In this document: in pieces, positions 37,783-49,200 of the stretch
Layout: the number at the start of each line of letters is the position of its first letter
Numbering within the stretch: the first letter of the stretch is position 1
Source: Bilabrum cf. latius
Lineage: Eukaryota
Assembly (NCBI GenBank): GCA_965178125.1
Contig: OZ237735.1
Coordinates: 310,001-374,000, forward strand
Direction of reading: 5' to 3'
DNA: 64,000 nt
Notes under the pieces: model-generated
Database searches by the model: none
Told to the model about the DNA's origin: nothing
What the model saw: the letters and a program-made list of their open reading frames with translations, nothing else
Translations under genes and position numbers: made by a program

Positions 37783-39555
37783 TCCCCCGCTGGCGCCGCA
37801 GCGGAACTTTGGGCTGTGGCGGAGGGCGCCCCTGCCCGAGCCAAACTTTCGGCTCGGGCAAAAGGCAACTTTGCCCGAGCCGAATCATTTTATATTTAAA
37901 CTGGGTTTGCCGCGATTTCAGCTATCGCGCCCGAGCGGAATGTTAGGCTCGGGCGCCAAGCACCTGCGCCCGAGCCTAGCATTGGGCTCGGGCAGGGGCG
38001 CCCTCCGCCCGAGCCTAGGGTTTTCTTTTTTTCGGCTCGGGCACGGCTATTTTGCTGATATATCGGTCAGTATCTGCGAAATATGAAGAGTCTCAGCTCC
38101 TACATCGCGCAAACATGCAAATGCATTGGCAGCACTCGTCGCGAACGTCGGGGACTCTGCCGAACGATAACCACTATCAACCAAGCCAACTAGCAATACC
38201 AATTATGCTCCAATCAAGCGCTTGCCAGGGCCAGCAGATGCTCTCGGAAGCTTAAGCGGGCGGATCTCCGGCCGCGCGTGCTGGGTGGCTCGCAATGGGG
38301 CGGCTTGCCCGGCCAGCCTGGAGGCGGGCGAGGCCGTTTCAAGGCATTTGGCTCTGTGCATGTACTGGCACTGCCAGTGCTCTGTACTGCAAGCCCTGGA
38401 GCTGGGAGCCGTGGCGGGCGGTGACTTGTCGAGCATCGGCGTGGGCGGCTGCAGCACACCCACCCGCCAGCCCCCACTGGCACGCCAGCTCCAAGGCAGC
38501 CCCCGTGCCCCGCCCACTCTTGCAGGTGCCTGCTATCGAGCTGACACCGGCGATATCGTGAATCTGCTTGGGCTGGGCATTGGGGGCGAGGGTGGCATGG
38601 ACGAAGACGAGGAGGGAGATGAGGCGGCACGGCGCGAATCGATGGCGGCAAGCAGAGGCAGGAGCAGCTGACACAGGCACGCATGGGAGCCAGGGAGCCA
38701 TGGGTCTGTTTGACGAGGAAGAAACAGACCTATTCGGGCCTCCGACGGGCAAGGGTGACAGCAGCAGCACCAGCGGGGCAGAGCTCGTGCTGAACACAGC
38801 ATCTTGGTGGCAGGCGGGACGGCCTGGTCCTGGATGGCGATCTCTGGGGCCTCCCTGGGCTGGCCGCCGGGGGAGTTGGGGGGTCACCGGGATGGTGGAC
38901 AGAAAGAGTAGCTCCTCGTTTGGGTCATCGAGAGTGCGGCAATGTCGTAGCGGAGGGAGTTGGCCCTGGTGGTGATGGGCTAGTGCGGAAGCCGCGGCGC
39001 GGCCAGGGTGGGGCAGCCCAGCGCAGGATCAGCAGCAAGCGCAGTTGTGAGGCGAAGGCCGACGGACAGGGCACGGCTTCCGCATCTGACGAAGAGGAGT
39101 CGCACCCTTCGAAGAAGTTTCGATTCATCAAGCCAAATTCCGGTTGATTTGCGTGCGTTTCTGTACATTGTCCTGGTAGCAGGAGCATCTTGCCGGGAAG
39201 CCTCCAACCGCTGCCCAGGCGGTCGAACTGCACACCGGCGGCGATACCAGCCCCATATACCACGCAAACGGCCATAAAAACAGCAAAATAGCCGTGCCCG
39301 AGCCGAAAAAAAGAAAACCCTAGGCTCGGGCGGAGGGCGCCCCTGCCCGAGCCCAATGCTAGGCTCGGGCGCAGGTGCTCGGCGCCCAAGCCTAACTTTC
39401 CGCTCGGGCGCGATCGCTGAAATCGCGGCAAACCCAGTTTAAATTTAAAATGATTCGGCTCGGGCAAAGTTGCCTTTTGCCCGAGCCGAAAGTTTGGCTC
39501 GGGCATGGCCGCCCTCCGCCACAGCCCAAAGTTCCGCTGCGGCGCCGGCGGGGGA
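37783..39555. mobile_element. Non-autonomous DNA transposon (~1.77 kb) with ~275-bp terminal inverted repeats
   Basis: 37783-38057 is a near-perfect inverted repeat of 39281-39555. The TIRs are packed with GCCCGAGCC motifs in both orientations. A second partial copy occurs in this window. No intact transposase recognised. Confidence 0.85.
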
Positions 39556-40299
39556 CGCGCGAGGGCCGCTAGCTGGCGGCCCCTCACCAGCTCAAACCAA
39601 ACTACTGAGGGTAGGTGGAGGTGGTTTATCCACCGCCACTAAGTGCAACATACACGGAATCCATTGAGGTCCTGATTTTGATTTGTCACAATAAAGCAGA
39701 TTTGGTTGCGTGTACATAGTTTTTGGATGGCCAATTGTAACGTTTCGGTAAGAGTTACCGAGATCTGAGGGCTTGCCACAGAGTGGACGTGAACCGTTGA
39801 ACCGCAGGTCCTAATTCAAGCTGTTCGACCGGGTTCACCTCGCTCAGCGTTCAACGAACAAGGCCCCAACATTGTATTCCTGCCTCAATTTCGCTGATCT
39901 CTACGGTATGATGAAGTAAGGTAGATTTGGGAGCATCCCTGATACAGATTTGGACACATGTCAAAACACGGAGCTGTCTATGATAACTGGTGCTCCTTGT
40001 GCTCGATGCTGAAGCCAATAAACCAATGCAATGGAATTGATGTATCGGAAGCGTAAATAGGATGGAGAAGGCTGGTTTATACCAGCAGCATTGGCCTTGC
40101 TTTAAGAGAATCGTCTAGGACACTTTGGGAACATCTTTCATGCCCGGCTGCGTTAGATATGCAAAGCTGTACCCCTCTGTGCGTGATTTTTAGTGATGAT
40201 GCTATTGCGCGTGCGTCTGCCTTGCCAATATCTGGTGTCCAGCGTTTAGTTCCAGCCAAAAACACGCTGTGTGGCTGTCATGCCGATCCTTATCAGTGA

Positions 40300-43200
40300 G
40301 CATAGTTAAACTGACTGCTCACAATATTCCCAAGATCTCGCAGGACATTCTCGCAAGTACTGATTGTGGTGGCCGCACTCAGTGGTATCAGCGTGAGAGG
40401 GACTCAAGGTCCTAGCCCCTCACCTGTCTCGTTTGGCATCGTGATAGATGGAATGCAAGAGTAGATCTCTCGCACTGAGGGGAGTTTCAATGGGCATCTG
40501 GATTCGTCTGATAATTTTGGAACGTCTTTGGCCCCTCTTGGCGACATGGACAGTGATGGAGTGCCGGAGCTGGCCGTTGGGGCATCTCACGATAATGATG
40601 GGGATCCTGGCAATGACAGAGGAGCCGTGTGGGTGCTATTCCTGCGATCGAATGGCACAGTGAAGGGCCATCAGAAGATCTCCGCCACGGCGGGGGACTT
40701 CGATGGGCAGCTGGATGCTGGTGATCACTTTGGAACCTCAGTAGCCTCAATTGGTGCTATCGATGAGGATGGTGCTCGGGACCTGGCCGTGGGAGCACCA
40801 AATGACGATGACGGTGGCTATGAAATAGGTGCCATATGGGTACTGTTCCTGCGATCAAATGGCACGGTAAAGGGTCATCAGAAGATCTCGGCAACGGAGG
40901 GGGGTTTCGATGGGCACTTGGATGATATTGATCACTTTGGAGTCTCATTGGCCTCTTTGGGCGACATGGACGGGGATGGAGTGTCCGAGCTAGCTGTGGG
41001 GGCGCATGGTGACGATGACGGCGTTCCTGCGAGACCGGAGACGGGAGCTGTATGGGTGCTGTTCCTTCGATCCAATGGCACGGTGAAGGGTCATTAGAAG
41101 ATCTCAGCCATGGCAGGGTATTTCGATGGATAGCTGGATGCTAGTGATCACTTTGGAGTCTCTCTTGCCATTTTGGACGACATGGACGGAAATAGGGTGC
41201 CGGAGCTGGCTGTTGGGGCGTATGCTGACGATGATGGTATTCCTGAGGGATTGAATAGGGGGGCCATATGGGTGCTGTTCTTGCGACCAAATGGCACGGT
41301 GAAAGGTCATCACAAGATTTCCTCCACGGAGGGGGGCTTCAATGGGCAGCTTGATATTGGTGATCATTTCGGTTATTCCGTGACGTCGTTAGGCGACATG
41401 GATGGCGATGGGATACCTGACCTTGCTGTGGGAGCACGGGGTGATGATGGTGTTCCTACGGATTGGAATAGAGGAGCCGTATGGGTGCTGTTTCTTCGGT
41501 CGAATATCACGGTGAAGGGTCATCAGAAGATATCCGCCATGGAGGGCGGCTTCGATGGGCACCTGGATGCTGGCGACTAGTTTGGCGTGTCAGTGGCCGC
41601 AGTGTCCAACATGAGTGGGCCTGGGGCATTGACACTAGCCGTGGGGGCCAACGGGCACGATGGGAGCAGAGGGGCAGTGCACATCCTAGAGTTGCGTGCT
41701 GCTGTCCCCTCGGCCTCGCCCAGCCCGACTCCTTCTCCATCATCCTCTCCAAGTCCAAGTCCTAGTGCGAGTCCCTCCCCTGTCCCGTTCGGTAGCGTGC
41801 TGGTTGGGATGCAGCAGGAGATCTCCGCTACAGAGGGGGGATTCGATGGACACCTTGATGATGCTGATAATTTTGGAACCTCTTTGGCCCCGCTAGGTGA
41901 CATGGACGGCGATGGCGTGCCGGAGCTGGCTGTGGGGGTGCGATTTGACGATGATGGTGCTCCTGGCAATAATCGCGGAGCCGTGTGGGTGCTATTCCTA
42001 CGTTCGAATGGCACAGTGAAAGGTCACCAGAAGATCTCCGCCACGGAGGGGAGCTTCGATGGACAGCTTGATGCTGGTGATCACTTTGGAATCGCAGTAG
42101 CCTCCATGGGTGATATGGATAGCAATGGAGTGTAGGACCTAGCAGTGGGGGCGCCCGATGACGGTGACGGAGCCGTTTGGATACTGTTCCTGCGATCCAA
42201 TGGCACGGTGAAGGGTCATCAGAAGATCTCCGAAACGGAGGGGGGCTTCGATGGGCAGCTTCCTGCTGATTGTGATTTTGCAGTCTCCTTGGCCTCTCTG
42301 GGTGACATGGACGATGATGGCGCGCCTGAGATGGCTGTGGGGGCGTATAGGGACGGTAGTGGAGCTGTGTGGGTGCTATTCCTACGTTCGAATGGCACAG
42401 TGAAAGGTCATCAGAAGATCTCCGCCACGGCAGGAGGCTTTGATGGGCATCTGGATGGAAGTGACTTCTTTGGGTACTCATTGGCCTCGTTGGGCGACTT
42501 GGACGGCGATGGAGTGTACGACATGGCTGTGGGGGCTCACGGTGACGATGACGGCGTTCCTGCGGGATAGAATAGGGGGGTCGTATGGGTGCTGTTCATG
42601 CGATCGAGTGGCACGGTGAAGGGTTCCCAGAAGATCTCGGCCACAACGGGGGGCTTCAATGGGCAGCTTGATGAAAGTGATGTCTTTGGAAATTCGGTCG
42701 CCTCGGTAGGCGACTTGGATGGCGATGGGGTTTCAGACCTGGCCGTGGGGGCGTATGGTGACGATGACGGCATTCCTTCAGGATAGAATAGAGGAGCCGT
42801 ATGGGTGCTGTTCCTGCGATCGAATGGAGCGTTGAAGGGTCACCTAAAGATATCTTCCACGGCTGGGGGATTCAACGGTAACCTAGACCCTGGGGATCTG
42901 TTGAGTTATGGAATGACCGCATTGACACCGATGTGGAGACCTGGAGCAGTGGCATTAGCTGTGGGGGCAATACAAAATGATGATGGGAAAGGTGCCGTCT
43001 ACGTGATTGAACTGCGTGCTGCTGTCCCCTCGGCCTCGCCCAGCCCAACACCGTCCGCATCAACCGCTCCAAGTCGTAGTGCGAGTCCCTCCCCTGTCCC
43101 GTTCGGTAGCGTGCTGGTTGGGATGCAGCAGGAGATCTCCGCTACAGAGGGGGGATTCGATGGACACCTTGATGATGCTGATAATTTTGGAACCTCTTTG

Positions 43201-46200
43201 GCCCCGCTAGGTGACATGGACGGCGATGGCGTGCCGGAGCTGGCTGTGGGGGTGCGATTTGACGATGATGGTGCTCCTGGCAATAATCGCGGAGCCGTGT
43301 GGGTGCTATTCCTACGTTCGAATGGCACAGTGAAAGGTCACCAGAAGATCTCCGCCACAGAGGGGGGCTTCGATGGACAGCTTGATGCTGGTGACCACTT
43401 TGGAATCGCAGTAGCCTCCATGGGTGATATGGATAGCAATGGAGTGTAGGACCTAGCAGTGGGGGCGCCCGATGACGGTGACGGAGCCGTTTGGATGCTG
43501 TTCCTGCGATCCAATGGCACGGTGAAGGGTCATCAGAAGATCTCCGAAACGGAGGGGGGCTTCGATGGGCAGCTTCCTGCTGATTGTGATTTTGCAGTCT
43601 CCTTGGCCTCTCTGGGTGACATGGACGATGATGGCGCGCCTGAGATGGCTGTGGGGGCGTATAGGGACGGTAGTGGAGCTGTGTGGGTGCTGTTTCTTCG
43701 ATCCAATGGCACAGTGAAGGGTCATCAGAAGATCTCCGCCACGGCAGGAGGCTTTGATGGGCATCTGGATGGAAGTGACTTCTTTGGGTACTCATTGGCC
43801 TCGTTGGGCGACTTGGACGGCGATGGAGTGTACGACATGGCTGTGGGGGCTCACGGTGACGATGACGGCGTTCCTGCGGGATAGAATAGGGGGGCCGTAT
43901 GGGTGCTGTTCATGCGATCGAGTGGCACGGTGAAGGGTTCCCAGAAGATCTCGGCCACAACGGGGGGCTTCAATGGGCAGCTTGATGAAAGTGATGTCTT
44001 TGGAAATTCGGTCGCCTCGGTAGGCGACTTGGATGGCGATGGGGTTTCAGACCTGGCCGTGGGGGCGTATGGTGACGATGACGGCATTCCTTCAGGATAG
44101 AATAGAGGAGCCGTATGGGTGCTGTTCCTGCGATCGAATGGAGCGTCGAAGGGTCACCTAAAGATATCTTCCACGGCTGGGGGATTCAACGGTAACCTAG
44201 ACCCTGGGGATCTGTTGAGTTATGGAATGACCGCATTGACACCGATGTGGAGACCTGGAGCAGTGGCATTAGCTGTGGGGGCAATACAAAATGATGATGG
44301 GAAAGGTGCCGTCTACGTGATTGAACTGCGTGCTGCTGTCCCCTCGGCCTCGCCCAGCCCAACACCGTCCGCATCAACCGCTCCAAGTCGTAGTGCGAGT
44401 CCCTCCCCTGTCCCGTTCGGTAGCGTGCTGGTTGGGATGCAGCAGGAGATCTCCGCTACAGAGGGGGGATTCGATGGACACCTTGATGATGCTGATAATT
44501 TTGGAACCTCTTTGGCCCCGCTAGGTGACATGGACGGCGATGGCGTGCCGGAGCTGGCTGTGGGGGTGCGATTTGACGATGATGGTGCTCCTGGCAATAA
44601 TCGCGGAGCCGTGTGGGTGCTATTCCTACGTTCGAATGGCACAGTGAAAGGTCACCAGAAGATCTCCGCCACAGAGGGGGGCTTCGATGGACAGCTTGAT
44701 GCTGGTGACCACTTTGGAATCGCAGTAGCCTCCATGGGTGATATGGATAGCAATGGAGTGTAGGACCTAGCAGTGGGGGCGCCCGATGACGGTGACGGAG
44801 CCGTTTGGATGCTGTTCCTGCGATCCAATGGCACGGTGAAGGGTCATCAGAAGATCTCCGAAACGGAGGGGGGCTTCGATGGGCAGCTTCCTGCTGATTG
44901 TGATTTTGCAGTCTCCTTGGCCTCTCTGGGTGACATGGACGATGATGGCGCGCCTGAGATGGCTGTGGGGGCGTATAGGGACGGTAGTGGAGCTGTGTGG
45001 GTGCTGTTTCTTCGATCCAATGGCACAGTGAAGGGTCATCAGAAGATCTCCGCCACGGCAGGAGGCTTTGATGGGCATCTGGATGGAAGTGACTTCTTTG
45101 GGTACTCATTGGCCTCGTTGGGCGACTTGGACGGAGATGGAGTGTACGACATGGCTGTGGGGGCTCACGGTGACGATGACGGCGTTCCTGCGGGATAGAA
45201 TAGGGGGGCCGTATGGGTGCTGTTCATGCGATCGAGTGGCACGGTGAAGGGTTCCCAGAAGATCTCGGCCACGACGGGGGGCTTCAATGGGCAGCTTGAT
45301 GAAAGTGATGTCTTTGGAAATTCGGTCGCCTCGGTAGGCGACTTGGATGGCGATGGGGTTTCAGACCTGGCCGTGGGGGCGTATGGTGACGATGACGGCA
45401 TTCCTTCAGGATAGAATAGAGGAGCCGTATGGGTGCTGTTCCTGCGATCGAATGGAGCGTCGAAGGGTCACCTAAAGATATCTTCCACGGCTGGGGGATT
45501 CAACGGTAACCTAGACCCTGGGGATCTGTTGAGTTATGGAATGACCGCATTGACACCGATGTGGAGACCTGGAGCAGTGGCATTAGCTGTGGGGGCAATA
45601 CAAAATGATGATGGGAAAGGTGCCGTCTACGTGATTGAACTGCGTGCTGCTGTCCCCTCGGCCTCGCCCAGCCCGTCGGTGACACCTTCCGCATCGACCA
45701 CCCACTCGCCTTCCACGAGTCCATCTATCACTCCGTCTCCATCTCCTACTCCTAGTGCGAGTCCCTCGTCTGGCCCTCTTGGGAGCATGCTACATGGGAT
45801 GCAACAGGAGGTTTCTGCCACTGAGGGGGGCTTCGATGGGCAGCTTGATGCTGGTGACTATTTTGGAGTCTCTGTGACTTCTTTAGGCGACATGGACGGC
45901 GATGGTGTGCCGGACCTAGCTGTCGGTGCTATTGGTGATGATGACGGCATTCCTGCTGATACCGACAGGGGAGCCGTGTGGGTGCTGTTCCTTCGGTCGA
46001 ATGGCACGGTGAAGGGTCATCAGAAGATATCCGCCACGGCGGGGTGCTTTGATGGACAGCTGGATGCAAATGATCAGTTTGGGGCAGCGGTGGCATCTCT
46101 TGGAGATATGGACGGCGATGGAGTGCCGGAGCTGGCAGTAGCAGCCCATTATGACGACGACGGTGTACCTGCAGGAGACAATAGAGGGGCTGTATGGGTG

Positions 46201-49200
46201 CTGTTCCTTCGGTCGAATGGCACGGTGAAGGGTCATCAGAAGATATCGGCTGCAGTGGGGGGCTTGAATGGGCGGCTGAACGCAAATGATAATTTTGGCA
46301 AGCCGGTTGCCACTCTTGGTGATATTGATGGCGATGGAGTGCCTGAAATAGCTGTGGGGGCACACGGTGACGATGACGGTGGGGTATCAGGCTCTAATAG
46401 AGGGGCCGTGTGGGTGCTGTTTCTGCGATCGAATGGCACGGTGAAGGGTCATCAGAAGATCTCCGAAACGGAGGGGGGCTTCGATGGATAGCTTGACACG
46501 TAGGACTATTTTGGCCGCTCTGTGACATGTTTAGGCGACATTGACGGTGATGCGCTTCCGGAACTGGCCGTTGGGGCGGATGGTGATGATGATGGTGGTC
46601 CTGCAGGCAGTGCCAGAGGAGCCGTGTGGGTGTTGTTCCTGCGATGGAATGGCACAGTGAAGGGTCACTAGAAAATCTCCGCTGCGGTGGGCAGCTTCAA
46701 TGGGCAGCTGGATTTAGGTGACGCATTTGGAATCTCTGTAGCCTCACTTGGAGACGTGGATGGAGATGGGGTGCCAGAGTTGGCGGTGGGGGCACACCGT
46801 GACGACGACGGTGTCCCTGCAGGAGACAATAGAGGGGCTGTATGGGTGCTGTTCCTGCGCTCGAACGGCACGGTGAAGGGTCATCAGAAGATCTTCGCTG
46901 CGTCGGGGGGCTTGCAGTTGAATGCAGGCGATCTGTTTGGCGTGTCGATGGCTACTGTGTCCAACATGAGTGGGCCTGGGGCATTGACTCTAGCTGTGGG
47001 GGCCCACGGGCACGATTCGAGCACAGGGGCAGTGCACATCCTAGAGTTGCGTGCTGCTGTGCCCCCGGCCTCGCCCAGCGCATCATTATCGCCCTCACCG
47101 ACACCCTCTGCCAGCCCGAGCACCACTGCCAGCCCGAGCACCACTACCAGCCCGAGCACCACTGCCAGCCCGAGCACCACTACCAGCCCGAGCACCACTG
47201 CCAGCCCGAGCACCACTACCAGCCCGAGCACCACTGCCAGCCCGAGCACCACTGCTACAAGCAGCCCAGCGCCCACAGTGCCATCCGCGCCGGTAAGTCC
47301 CGACTAGTTCCATGAGTTACGTTTAGCGCACTTCCCATCCGATTTCCTTTTATTCCTGCATGATTGTAGCCCTACTCTCTCGCAGGCTCGTCCAGAGCGT
47401 GTCATGTTCCTGGGCCCGACCATCGTGTCGAACATCTCGGATCTTGTACTCCACGAGATCGACAGTGACAATTGCCAGCTGTGCACCGGCTTGCGGGAGG
47501 CCTGGGTACGGAGCTGGCCCGTAGACCGAGGGGGCACCGTCGAGCTCGAAGTACGGCTGCGTGGTGGCGGACTCGCCATCGCCAATTGGACCTCGGGAGC
47601 TGTGAATGTGACCATTGGGGCAGCAACTGCATGCCACAGCCCTCGGATCATTCCGAATACTACGCGCATTGCCACGGCCACTCGCAGTGCCTTGCCATCC
47701 ACGGGCATGTCGATCGCGTGTCGAGCCAGTGTGAGGGAGCTCCAGCTGGAGGCTGCAGAGCTGGCCAAGGGACCGGCCCTTCGATCTATGTGGGGACTGC
47801 TGGCTGAGGATGAATAGACAGCCCATAGTCAGCCGGTGAGTGGCTCTTCGAGCGCACCTGTTTTGGTGCCCTGGAGCGAGTGGGTGCAGGCACTGACATC
47901 TAATGGGGGATCACTGCTGCAGGACGGAGTGGGTAGACAGAAGCTACGGGTGGCAGTGCGGGTGTCAGTGTAGGTGCAGGTGCAGGCCACGGACGGGGGT
48001 CCTCCGCTGGTCGCGTGGTCGAACGCTAGCGACGTGGGCTGGAGGACCGCGGACCCGGGCAACGGCACTGTGGGCCAGCTGTGGGTGTGGCTGCCAGCCC
48101 CCACTGCTGACTTGCTGCAAGCACAAATGCATGCCATGGAACAAGGAGGAAACCCGTCTTTCCACAGGTGGACATTCCCCTCTAATGGTGCCTTGGATCG
48201 GTTGATGCCCCTGCGAAGTGACTCGGATCTGTCAACCGCCGCGGTGATCCTGTCGACGATTACGGGTGGCAGTGGCAGAGACAGTAGCCATGGGCTGTAG
48301 GTGTTCCCGCCCGACGGGTGGGAGGGGGATGTGGATGGCAGCGGTGAGTGGAAATTGGTGGTCCCAATCGGGGCTCGTCCTATTGCAGCAGTGGCAAGCG
48401 ACCTGGTCGGTGGCAGGATTGGCGGAGTCGATAGACTCGTCAAGGGCTGGCCGAATCCGGCTACAGCAGGCGCGTTAGTGGTGCATGAGAACTCCACAGC
48501 TGTGTCGGTCTCCGCACCGAATGTCACTGAGATAGTGGGCTTGCTGCGATCCATGACGGGGCAAGGTGAACCCAGTCCTACACCCCTGCAAACTACATGG
48601 GGAGGCAGAGGGGTGCAGACGAGAGTAGCAGCATCGGTAGATGTGGTGGGATACACAGCCACGGGCCGGTGGGCCCAGCTGGCAAGGTCGCTAGGGAGGT
48701 TGCAGCACCTCGATGCTGCTGGGGTTGGCCCGGGCCGCCAAGATGGGATGTTGAATGTGACGATGGATGGTGAACCAGGGTTGCTGGGGCTGTATGGCGC
48801 CATGGACGAGCAGCTACTGCACAAATGCCTGTGGCCGGATGGAGGGGCGCAGGTAACGACGCAGTTAAGCATCGGTGCAAGCCTGACCTGCCCGGCGGTG
48901 CAGCCGTTGCCCGGCACATCGAGCGAGGTGGAGGCATGCGGGCCCCGAGTGAAGGTCATGACCACAGTGTGCGCAGGTGGTGTGCTCCGGCTAGGCCCCT
49001 TGTCATCCGGCGATGGGCAAGCTCCACTCGGCGAAAGACATTCGATGCACCCACCTACCGCTGCCATGATCGCCGGGACCATTGGCACCAGGGACAGCGC
49101 TGGTGCCTCCCATGCCATCGGGTGGCTTCCGGGATGCATCAACCTGACCATTCTGTTCGGGGAAATGTCAGATCAATTTGATGCAGGCAGTCTCAGCGCA

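Noticed and set aside
37783-38057. CRISPR-like array in the GCCCGAGCC repeats
   Set aside because: Motifs are short, irregularly spaced and in mixed orientation, they lie within a TIR, and the context is eukaryotic with no cas genes.
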